Below are positions 1 to 8,728 of a stretch of DNA of 11,907 nucleotides, in pieces (within the stretch, counting starts at the first letter, position 1; the number at the start of each line of letters is the position of its first letter). Location: positions 1 to 11,907 of the forward strand of contig JADGIF010000277.1 of the NCBI GenBank assembly GCA_018985225.1, given 5' to 3'. A model generated the notes under the pieces. That model was not told the DNA's origin, did no database searches, and saw only the letters and a program-made list of their open reading frames with translations. This DNA is from Amoeboradix gromovi X-113. Its lineage: Eukaryota > Fungi > Sanchytriomycota. Position numbers and translations under genes: made by a program.

Positions 1-650
1 TGTTGAGACCCTGTCAGGTCACAGGATTACACAGTCCCCTGCTAATATAGTTGTGGACCTGGAGTTCAATCAGATAAATACCTCATAGGCCATAGGGGAC
101 CTAGGAGACGAATAAGATGCGATCACTGGTAAGCACCGTGATCGTGGAAAACTATAACTAGGAACAATTCCTTTGGTAAAGATATAAAATTTATGACTTC
201 AAACTCTACTTCACCTCGAGTTAGCGAAATAGCAATAGATCCGAGTGAGGATCCGAACAACCTCCAAGTATTTGGAACTGTCTCCTTTTATGAGTACCAT
301 GAATTTTTTAACACACATGCGGCTGACAAGCATATATGCCTGCTCAGCTGTGTTTAAGTGATGTGGCATAACCAGAAGTTTAAACTGGTTGAGCCATTCG
401 CCAATAGCAATGAATTCATATCCAGTAAACTTGTTCCCAAATACATTAGCATATATATTAAGATTTTGTACCTTGGCTAGTTTAGTGGATTCTGATTGTT
501 GTGTAAGAGAGTCTAAGTAGCAGTAAAAAAAGCACTTAGGGCGTTATCCTGTACTGACCCAGAGTTCAACTGATTGTCTAACTCCTCTTGCTGCTGATGT
601 GCAGTCAGATTTGAACAATAATGAATTGCTTATTTACCTTCCGTAGAGCT

Positions 651-897
651 ATCAATCAAAACAATAAAAGCATTGACATATGAATTGTGCTCAGAAACCT
701 TCAGCAACTCCGTCTGCTGCATGTATTTGAGGCATGAGAGTATGCACCGATAGTTGCAGCAGCGTCATGTCGCGAGCTGTGATACGCGCGAAACATTATA
801 AGTTCTTCCGTGTGCATATGGTCTAATGGTGACTGACTACTATCCGCTGTTCAACACAAAAAGTATCTGGCGAGTCGATGAAAAGGATACGGATATG
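651..897. repeat. Direct repeat, copy 1 (A 651-739 + 81-nt insert 740-820 + B 821-897)
   Basis: By eye, 651-741 (atcaatcaaa...ggcatgagagt) is identical to 1651-1741, and 821-897 (gtctaatggtgactg...ggatatg) is identical to 1740-1816. Confidence 0.97.
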
Positions 898-1683
898 CTG
901 CGAAATTGTATCAAGTCAGAGTCGAGATACAGCAAGAACCATTGCATCGTTGCGTTTCAACAAAGATGCAGCTGGGCAATAGTTAAACTAACAGCAAAGC
1001 TATACAAAATAGAGCTGCATCTATATGCAGCAATAGATAAGTGGAGAAGTCCCTGTTTAGAGCCACTAGGCTGTTTGTTGCACAGAATATCAAAAGAGCA
1101 AGTCAGCGACATAACCATTCTTATAACGTCTCGTAAGCCCTGGCTAAGTATTTCTAGCAGCAAAATGGTTATTGCGCTGAGATGGCTGGAGACAGTGCTT
1201 ATAGTACTACGATTTAATCCTATAAGGGTCCGCTTTCCTGATGAAAAGTTTTGCCCTGCTTTGTACACTTTAGATCATTTGCGCGCAAGTACACTTAGCG
1301 AACTAAAGCATCCCAACGGGCTACAAATAAACAAGCTATTTGCCAATCTCAGAAACGGTTGCCATGAGCTATTCGACAAAAATGACATAAAATCCGTTGA
1401 TCCGTTAGAGTACCTGATGAGTGTCGATCAAGAGAAATACAAAGAAATGATAAAATGGGTCAGTATTGCCGACGGCATGAGATCCAGCTTCATGGAACTT
1501 TTGCGTAGCCATAAAATACAAGAGAGTATGATGGATAAACTTTATGCATGGATTTACAAAATATGCTTGTTTATGAATTTACAACAGATATGGACTACAG
1601 GCTATATGCTTAAGAATCTGGATTTGCTTTGGGAGCTGAAAATTAGCAGAATCAATCAAAACAATAAAAGCATTGACATATGA
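826..1683 (+). CDS. Hypothetical 285-aa ORF spanning the repeat unit (possibly a repeat- or TE-derived remnant)
   Basis: The 858-nt open frame is long for AT-rich DNA, but I recognise no domain. It starts inside repeat copy 1 and stops inside copy 2. Confidence 0.4.
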   Translation: MVTDYYPLFNTKSIWRVDEKDTDMLRNCIKSESRYSKNHCIVAFQQRCSWAIVKLTAKLYKIELHLYAAIDKWRSPCLEPLGCLLHRISKEQVSDITILITSRKPWLSISSSKMVIALRWLETVLIVLRFNPIRVRFPDEKFCPALYTLDHLRASTLSELKHPNGLQINKLFANLRNGCHELFDKNDIKSVDPLEYLMSVDQEKYKEMIKWVSIADGMRSSFMELLRSHKIQESMMDKLYAWIYKICLFMNLQQIWTTGYMLKNLDLLWELKISRINQNNKSIDI

Positions 1684-1816
1684 ATTGTGCTCAGAAACCT
1701 TCAGCAACTCCGTCTGCTGCATGTATTTGAGGCATGAGAGTCTAATGGTGACTGACTACTATCCGCTGTTCAACACAAAAAGTATCTGGCGAGTCGATGA
1801 AAAGGATACGGATATG
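1651..1816. repeat. Direct repeat, copy 2 (166 nt, A+B without the 81-nt insert)
   Basis: Exact match to copy 1 once 740-820 is removed. It starts exactly 1000 nt after copy 1. Confidence 0.97.
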
Positions 1817-1940
1817 TTGGTTGCGCCCTTTATGTTGATTACCTTTTATTCTTATATATTGGTCTTTCAGATATTGTTTGAACTTGTCATACGGTAATAT
1901 GTTGTTTGAATATGGGTTGTATTTTTAGAAGACTTACAGA

Positions 1941-3764
1941 TTATTTATTGCTTTTTCGTTTTTTATTTTTATTACCGTATTCTTTTTTTTTTCTTTTTTT
2001 TTTAATTTGACTTTCATCATCACTTAGTATTAGCTGCTCTACCTTGTCTTCATCGGCTTGTAATACAATGTCTATGTTTTTCAACTGCGGTTGATCGGTC
2101 ATTCTTTCTTCAACCTTTTCAATACTTTTCTGTAGCACTGCAATTGGCGCTTGTTTAGGCAAATTGTTTTCCCAGTCAATAATCAGATCAAGATCGCAAG
2201 GGCCAAACTTGACGTTTTTACGCTGATTTAGCAAGTACTCTCTAGATTCAGCTATTTTAGAACATATTTGGTGCATCATACCTTTTAATTTCTTGTTTGC
2301 AGAGTTCTTCTCCAACGTCTTCATAATCTTATGAACTGATACGCTCCAATCGCAGAAATATATTTTGTCACTGTGAACGGCAATTGCTTTTACGAAAGAG
2401 TCATGGCATTGTTCAATTAAGCTCTGCTGATAGGATAAGGTGTTAATATGCATTTTGGATGCTCTCACGGTTGTAGGGAAATCTATGTTTTTTATTGTTG
2501 GATTCTTTAAATCGCCGCTTACAGCGCTGGACTGTACAATTGCTAGTAGGTACTGCATAACCGGAACCATGGTCCCCGTTGACTTGTTAATCTCTATCAT
2601 TACATTAGTCAAATGAAATGTAAACGGATAGAACTTTGGAATTGGTTGTAGTTGAAGTATTGCATGTGATAACTGCACGAATGGGTAGATCAGTAGATTT
2701 GCGTGATTTCCTGTTTTGCTGCTAATCACTTTATTATCATTCATGGATCTGATAGCATTTAGCAAGTTGGAGTTCGGTATGGCATATTTACTAATAAATA
2801 AACCCCAGAGTCGCATCGATTGTAAGCATGTCCATCCATAGACATTATTCACCTTTTTTTCTGACTTGTTGTCGTATGCTAGTCGTGTCGAGGTTGCTAC
2901 CTGTCTTAGGTACTGATAACCCAATAAATACGTTGTTTCTAACTCGATTCCACATAGTTCAGAGACAATGGATTGACGCATAAATTCAATTAATGCTATG
3001 TTACGCTCGTGCACTTGTCTTGAGTGTTGCAAATAGGTCTTGTAGATGACTTTAATAGCTGTCTCTAACATGGATTTGTCTACTGATTTGTTATTATTAA
3101 ATAAAATCCTTCCGGATTTAGCATGGACAGCGAGTTTTATAACTGCCAGTCCTTTAGCTTTCATCAAAACTGAGCGACTGGAGCCAAATATAGTACAACT
3201 TGCAATAATTATTTTTTTAAGCGTTCTAGGGAAAGCATAAGCCAGCTGTATGATAGAGGATGATTGCGATAGTACAGAAGACATCAAAGGGTTTTCTACC
3301 ACATGGTCATCTTCAAGAGCGGAATCAGAGGCTTGAGTGGAGAGAAAGTGAATGAAACAAGAAATGATATTTCTGATTGCATTTTTGTACTTCAGATAAT
3401 TGGGTTCATTAGAGTATTTCTTAAATGATTCAGTTAGATTTAACTCTTTTTTCACAAACGCAACAACGTCATTGAAAACACAAACGGTCAACTTTTCAAA
3501 CGATTCTGTAGATTCAAGGTTGAAGTCCCCATCTTCAAATGATTTCTTAAGTATGCGAGTAACGTACTTGATGTTATTCTTGGATAAGTTGTTCATATGA
3601 TAATCCAAATCTTTTTCTTTTTCTTGCTCTAGCTCAAAGTCAGATTCTATGTCGCTCTCTTCGCTGACATCAGACTCAATTAGATCCTTGTCATTTTTTA
3701 AAAGGAACTGATAGAACTCAGGGTCCTCTTTTTCTAATTTTTGGAATTCCGATTTGATCGGCAT
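1941..3764 (-). CDS. NOC2: Nucleolar complex protein 2 (Noc2/NOC2L family), 607 aa
   Basis: N-terminal KLEKEDPEFYQFLLKNDKDL motif followed by an acidic tract. Internal Noc2-type motifs: YLLGYQYLRQVA, VYGWTCLQSMRLW, LIYPFVQL, PIPKFYPFTFH. Lys-rich NLS-like tail. Confidence 0.93.
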   Translation of the reverse strand: MPIKSEFQKLEKEDPEFYQFLLKNDKDLIESDVSEESDIESDFELEQEKEKDLDYHMNNLSKNNIKYVTRILKKSFEDGDFNLESTESFEKLTVCVFNDVVAFVKKELNLTESFKKYSNEPNYLKYKNAIRNIISCFIHFLSTQASDSALEDDHVVENPLMSSVLSQSSSIIQLAYAFPRTLKKIIIASCTIFGSSRSVLMKAKGLAVIKLAVHAKSGRILFNNNKSVDKSMLETAIKVIYKTYLQHSRQVHERNIALIEFMRQSIVSELCGIELETTYLLGYQYLRQVATSTRLAYDNKSEKKVNNVYGWTCLQSMRLWGLFISKYAIPNSNLLNAIRSMNDNKVISSKTGNHANLLIYPFVQLSHAILQLQPIPKFYPFTFHLTNVMIEINKSTGTMVPVMQYLLAIVQSSAVSGDLKNPTIKNIDFPTTVRASKMHINTLSYQQSLIEQCHDSFVKAIAVHSDKIYFCDWSVSVHKIMKTLEKNSANKKLKGMMHQICSKIAESREYLLNQRKNVKFGPCDLDLIIDWENNLPKQAPIAVLQKSIEKVEERMTDQPQLKNIDIVLQADEDKVEQLILSDDESQIKKKRKKKEYGNKNKKRKSNK

Positions 3765-3976
3765 CCTTGTGTTATCCTACAGTTCCATGCCAAAATTTTA
3801 ATACAGTTTTTGAGTTTAAAAAGCGCGCAGTATTCTTACTAATCAATTTAGGATATAGTTGTAAAGACTAAGGAATTATTACGGGAATTTAAAAACGGCA
3901 AAAAATTATTCTGCAAGCTGGTTGGGTTATTAGTCTATGTTTTTATTAATTCTATTGCAGCCATAGTAAAACGATG

Positions 3977-4366
3977 TTAGATTGTTACGGCTTCTACGCT
4001 TACTTTGAATGGATCATTTACAAGGCCTAGGACACCCTTTCCAGTATCGGGTTGCAATATTTTCCATGCTACTTCACTAAGATCTATCTTATCATCGGCA
4101 CATCCCTCGCACTCATCTAAAACAGGTACATCTACTGAAGCACCATTATAAACAACCTTAACTTTCTCACCACACATAGACATTTCGAACAGTCCTTTAG
4201 AAACTGCAGCATATAAGTTGTCTTCCGGGATGTCGTGAGTCTCGCATTTAAATTTCTGTGGTGGCACTGCGTTGTAAAAGGACGCCTGCTGAATTTTACC
4301 ATACAGTCTTTCTACGGCGACTGGTGCACTCTGTGGTATAGAGAATAAACAGTTGGCAAATAACAT
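3977..4366 (-). CDS. Small secreted RlpA-like double-psi beta-barrel (barwin/expansin-like) protein, 129 aa
   Basis: The segment YAAVS...CGEKVKVVYNGASVDVPVLDECEGCADDKIDLSEVAW fits the fungal DPBB pattern CG..I.V..NG.SV.V.V.D.C.GC....DLS..AF. I chose ATG 4366 (MLFANCLFS) as the start rather than the track's non-ATG start at 4411. ATG 4399 is an alternative. Confidence 0.85.
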   Translation of the reverse strand: MLFANCLFSIPQSAPVAVERLYGKIQQASFYNAVPPQKFKCETHDIPEDNLYAAVSKGLFEMSMCGEKVKVVYNGASVDVPVLDECEGCADDKIDLSEVAWKILQPDTGKGVLGLVNDPFKVSVEAVTI

Positions 4367-4407
4367 ATCGATTTTAGGCTTAGACTTATTTATACTCATT
4401 AGTTCGA

Positions 4408-4474
4408 GCACTGATCATACTGAAAGGCACATGATTAACGCACAGATCATAAAGTCTCAAGCACAGATCATAAA
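4408..4474. promoter_or_regulatory. Cluster of GCAC(A/T)GATCATA direct repeats in a divergent intergenic region
   Basis: gcactgatcata 4408-4419, gcacagatcataaa 4440-4453 and 4461-4474, and a degenerate gcacatgatta at 4427-4437. The repeats are seen directly; a regulatory role is inferred. Confidence 0.5.
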
Positions 4475-4591
4475 ACAGTATATCAGAATTCGAAAAGCAA
4501 ATGGCTAAATGTAAATTTGGGCATTTCACCGCAGCTAGAAAATGATAAAACTTCCAAATTTGAGCACATATCCCCGTGTGACAGCATTAAG

Positions 4592-5230
4592 ATGGTGCTT
4601 AATATTCAGGGACATCAAGTCACAGCTAGCAATTTTACAAAATTATTTATAGCTAGAACTTGCATACCAGAAGAAAAACTGATTCATCTACTTAAAATAG
4701 ACGATGTTCAACAATTTTCAAAACTTGTTGCATCTGCAAATGAAAAGTTAAGTAACCTTAATGGCAAGATATACAAGGTCAATTCTGAACTTAATAATTC
4801 TGTGATTTATACTCTAGTTTATCATGGAAGGTACATGAGAGTCGATCAGCCTGCAAATGTTACTAATTTCTTCAAAGTCATAATTAATAAATTAGTATCA
4901 ACGATACGATCATTTCATGAATCAAATTTAGGTAACTCTTGCAGCCATGATAATTTTGAATGTAAAATAAATGAACACGACTCACTTAGAGAATTTAAGG
5001 GACCACCAAGTCAAGGGGAAGCAATTATAGCTAAGCTTGTTGTAAACGGATACTTGGAATCGAAAGCGGGCTCAATTTATCTAGGACCAACCTCAAAATT
5101 CGGATTGGGTAGTGTAATTCAGCCATATTTAAAAACCAGCAGCATAAACGGAGAAAGATTAATTTATTACAAGTTTTGCTGTGGCAACTATTATCACCCA
5201 CATCAAGTATGTGCCTATTGTAGCATATAG
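4592..5230 (+). CDS. NSE1: Probable Nse1 (non-SMC element 1 of the Smc5/6 complex), divergent, 212 aa
   Basis: Nse1-like winged-helix pattern (FTKLFIAR...ANEKLSNLNGKI...E....YTLV; SQGEAIIAKLVVNGYL...GSIYLGP) followed by a C-terminal Cys/His cluster CCGNYYHPHQVCAYC. The first ATG is at 4592; the track's start at 4517 is TTG. Confidence 0.68.
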   Translation: MVLNIQGHQVTASNFTKLFIARTCIPEEKLIHLLKIDDVQQFSKLVASANEKLSNLNGKIYKVNSELNNSVIYTLVYHGRYMRVDQPANVTNFFKVIINKLVSTIRSFHESNLGNSCSHDNFECKINEHDSLREFKGPPSQGEAIIAKLVVNGYLESKAGSIYLGPTSKFGLGSVIQPYLKTSSINGERLIYYKFCCGNYYHPHQVCAYCSI

Positions 5231-6956
5231 TAGAAACACAATAAATTCCTATTTTTCCTCACCATTGGCATTGTTGTTTATATCTTTCAAAATCTGTCGT
5301 TTTTTAGGTTGGTTATAAAGTTTATATTTTTCTGGAGATTTAAAAACTGTCAAGCAAGTAACTTAATGTCGCAAGGCGAAAGTTTAGTCATAAATATTAA
5401 GACATTATATTTAGATGATATCAAGTGCGGTGTAATGATACGAAGTAAGTAAAAAGCCTTAAACTACAAAAATTGTCAGCGCAAAGACTCTTAGACGCTT
5501 TATATTATAATTTAAAACCCCTAAAAGCTCAAATAATTTGGTATTTTAATTTGCTAAACCATTTGTTTAGATGGTATAAATGTTTCCTTTCCGATAGATA
5601 ATCTTTCTCTAGTTATTTAGTTGTTTAAAACTCTTTTTTCTCGTGTTCCATGACAAATGACACCAAGTCACCACAACATTATATCAAATTTCGAAATACC
5701 ACCAGCAGATACAGAAGACGCTCTGTCTAAGAACCTATCCGGTACTTCGCAATACTATCAAAAAGATTCATATACAGTTTATAACATATTTGAAAAGTTG
5801 CTTGGGTATTTTCACATTTTCCTCAAAGAAGATTCTCTCACATGCGAGAGTCTTATCAAGCCAAAAGAGAGGTTTTCGGACAATAGGTTAGTGCCTATTC
5901 CAAGGGCTGTTCAGGCACTCGGATTATTAAAGACATTCAAAGTGGATAGATAAGACAGGAAGGATATACTCAAATCTATGTGTACCTATTCAATCCCAGC
6001 TCTGTGTAGTTAACGCTTGAGGAACTACTCCAAAGGACCTAAGGAAACTATAAGTTTTTCTGGAAATTCTTTATCATCTAGTAAAACTGGACTCTAATCA
6101 GCAGCCGATCCGAGTAGCGGAGCATCACTATTTTATTACATCTTATAGGGAAAGAATGAGCTGTTTTTTACGATAAAAGCTGCTCTGTAATTGATTAGAT
6201 TTTATATCAAGTGAGTAAGCAAAGTACCAATAACAGAAATAAAGCAATAATCGGCAAAAATGATGGATTTCTAGCAGTATATCTGAATGTGTATGACTTA
6301 AAACAAGTTGAGCGAGAAGCCAGCAGTATACGTGCGTTGCCGTGAAATTATTACTTCACATATATGGGTATTAATGGAAATATGTCTAAAATCAAACATA
6401 AAGAACTGGACAACCATTTGCAACTATAGCACCTATAATATTAGTAACCACAGTTTCTTTATACTGCTGACTAGAGATAAGTATGAAAATGAGATTTGTA
6501 ATAAACCCATCCTTGTTAACGATAGCAAACATGCTGACCAACGCCCAGTTTGATTAAACATGTCTATTAGTATATGTACGCTGTCGCATGGAAAGGAAAA
6601 AGAAAGCAAAGAAATTAGTCAACGCTGATATTTTCTGATGCAGTGAAATCTGAATTTGCATTAAACCAATCCCAAAGTTGCTGAGAGTTTGATAGAAAAC
6701 AGCAAAAGACTTTGCTGTTAAACAAAATGATATTGGAGTTATTTCTCCTACTCTCTACATGATGAAATATATGGTTCTTCGGTAAAAATTTATTTATTTT
6801 TAAAGTGGGGTGTCACCATACCCAGTTACAATAGTAGTTCAGTTGCTAAAACTATACACTGTTTTTGAGTAGAGGAGTAGATGGGAACCTAATCTGGTAG
6901 ATTCAGGCCTAGTTGCACTTCAATTTTGAATATTTTTGAGATTCCGTCCTAATTAT

Positions 6957-8162
6957 ATGAGACAAATTGGAACAAAAATTAAAATTTTTATTTTGCTGTT
7001 ACTGATTAGCACACCACTACAGTATGAACACAAAAAGGCAATGCTAATCAATGTGGGTCACGGATGGGCTAGAATATTATCCAGAAAATATCCGAACATG
7101 CATGTATGCTCAAGACCTATAGGAAATAGATACGAATATTTAAAAGGTAAATATTCAATTTTTATAGCAGTCAATTTGCACAATAATCAGGATATTTTAC
7201 CACCTCTAATGTTCAATTTAATGAAACTGATGGATGAGTACTTTATGGATAAAATTTATTTGAGAATATTTGAGAGTGGAAGTAATGATAAAACTAAAGA
7301 AATTCTAGAGAGTTTTGATTCTTTGCTGCAAAACTATGATTTCAATTATGAAATAGAGACTAGCGATATAATCAAAAATGATTTCACTACCAATAGAATA
7401 GATTACCTGGCTTATATGCGCAATTATGCCATTAAGCCTATTAGTAAAAACAGATTAACTGCTGATTATGTCTTGTTTCTAAACGATGTGTACTTTTGTT
7501 TTGACGATGTATTAGAACTTTTGCATCAACAAACAATAAATAAAGCAGATATGGTTGGTGGGATGGACTATTGGTGGGATGGTAAATCGATGATATTCTA
7601 CGATTCCTGGGTAGCCCAAGACATTAATGGCAACCACCCTGGTGCTAACGAGCTAGGACAATCCAAGGTATATATAGACCCTCATAACAGCATAAATCCA
7701 TCATTGCCCGTGCAGATGATGTGCTTGTGGAATGGTATGGTGAGTATTAAAGCATCTGTATTTAAAAACATAGAATTTCGAAGAGGATTAAATGGAGTGA
7801 AAGGGCAAACTCAACCCGGCGAGTGCAGTGCTAGCGAGATTACATCATTGTGCATGGACATGATAAAATACGGATTTAAAAAGATATTAATGGTGCCACA
7901 AGTTAAAGTAGCTTACCACATAAATTCATACAATAAATTGAAGTATGAGAACAATACGTTCAGTTTTAGATACCCAAGTAATAAAGAGCATGGGGCAGAA
8001 GAAGATGTGCCAATTCAATGGAAATCGCTTAGCGACAACCATCATTGTTGGCCCTACTATAATAAGTTTAGGAATAGGGAACAAAACAAAACAGATTATT
8101 ACATGGAAGATCTCCCTGGAAGATTGCATCATAATTTAACTGGAAAAAGACTTATTAGCTAA
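6957..8162 (+). CDS. CAP59/CMT1-like alpha-1,3-mannosyltransferase (GT69 family), probable type II membrane protein, 401 aa
   Basis: Motifs IFIAVNLHNNQDILP, IFESGSNDKT, RIDYLAYMRNYAIKP, VLFLNDVYFC, GMDY, FYDSWVAQDING, PVQMMCLWNGM, GECSASE..LC.D, KILMVPQVKVAY. N-terminal hydrophobic stretch IFILLLLIS. The first ATG is at 6957. Confidence 0.92.
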   Translation: MRQIGTKIKIFILLLLISTPLQYEHKKAMLINVGHGWARILSRKYPNMHVCSRPIGNRYEYLKGKYSIFIAVNLHNNQDILPPLMFNLMKLMDEYFMDKIYLRIFESGSNDKTKEILESFDSLLQNYDFNYEIETSDIIKNDFTTNRIDYLAYMRNYAIKPISKNRLTADYVLFLNDVYFCFDDVLELLHQQTINKADMVGGMDYWWDGKSMIFYDSWVAQDINGNHPGANELGQSKVYIDPHNSINPSLPVQMMCLWNGMVSIKASVFKNIEFRRGLNGVKGQTQPGECSASEITSLCMDMIKYGFKKILMVPQVKVAYHINSYNKLKYENNTFSFRYPSNKEHGAEEDVPIQWKSLSDNHHCWPYYNKFRNREQNKTDYYMEDLPGRLHHNLTGKRLIS

Positions 8163-8341
8163 ATAAATATGTTGAACGCCTATAACAATTTTCCTAAAGT
8201 AATTCTTAAATCAGGTAACCAGCGTTCAGCGTTGATGAGTTTGAAAACCTCATTCTCTACTGTACGGTAATTAAAGAAAAAGCGACTTTTTTTGAGTCCA
8301 AATTAGAACCATTAGTTGGACGGGGTGTTTTTAACACAAGA

Positions 8342-8728
8342 ATGACTTCCTTTTCCGTACGCTTAATTGCAATGTTTTTAACCCAGTTAATTGGCGCTGT
8401 GCTTTACAATCCATCAGTACTCGGCACTATTTATTACAAAGCATTAAAGTTGAAACCTCGTCAAATAAGTGTTTTTGAGTGGATAATGGTCACTGGTACT
8501 GCTTGGCTGCAAGTTAATGCAATCGATTATGTATTATACACTAAAAATCCTCATTCTCTATCTATTGCATTATACAATTCATTTATTGTATTTTCTCTAT
8601 TCATTGTTCCTTCTCAAGCTGTTCATTTCCCGTTCGACCAACGGTCATATCCCGTGCTCTTCATTTATCTGTTGCATCATGCTATTGTATTCGCGGCGAA
8701 TACTATCGTATTATTCTGTCTTAAGTAA
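8342..8728 (+). CDS. DUF1761-like four-transmembrane protein, 128 aa
   Basis: Four hydrophobic segments. LIGAVLYNPSVLG resembles the DUF1761 G.LWY.P.LFG motif, and HFPFDQRSY.VLFI matches the family's C-terminal pattern. Confidence 0.7.
   Translation: MTSFSVRLIAMFLTQLIGAVLYNPSVLGTIYYKALKLKPRQISVFEWIMVTGTAWLQVNAIDYVLYTKNPHSLSIALYNSFIVFSLFIVPSQAVHFPFDQRSYPVLFIYLLHHAIVFAANTIVLFCLK

Noticed and set aside
1-650. Stop-interrupted plus-strand frames (e.g. VETLSGHRITQSPANIVVDLEFNQINTS*AIGDLGDE*...) suggesting TAA/TAG-to-Gln recoding or a pseudogene
   Set aside because: All recognisable genes are open under the standard code and end in TAA or TAG. No family is recognisable in these fragments.
1673-1897. 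74-aa ORF in repeat copy 2
   Set aside because: It has a TTG start and is a by-product of the duplicated segment running into unrelated T-rich sequence.
3792-3799. AAAATTTT, an RRPE-like element just upstream of NOC2
   Set aside because: Fits a ribosome-biogenesis gene, but the 8-mer is too common in AT-rich DNA to support.
4408-4474. Repeat-spacer pattern as a mini-CRISPR
   Set aside because: The repeats (12-14 nt) and spacers are far too short, the context is eukaryotic, and there are no cas genes.
4831-4849. Second 19-nt GT...AG segment (gtacatgagagtcgatcag) inside NSE1
   Set aside because: The frame is already open with Nse1-like sequence on both sides, removal would cause a frameshift, and the segment is not T-rich.
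6652-6750. LNQSQ and VKQNDIGVISP peptides reminiscent of Upf1/Dna2-type SF1 helicase motifs
   Set aside because: They are in different frames, far too close together, and have no Walker A or B motif nearby. Probably chance.
8172-8255. Weak inverted repeats and TGATGA...GAAA (C-box or hammerhead-like)
   Set aside because: There is no CTGA D box downstream, the hammerhead core is not CTGANGA, and the flanking stems are not consistent.
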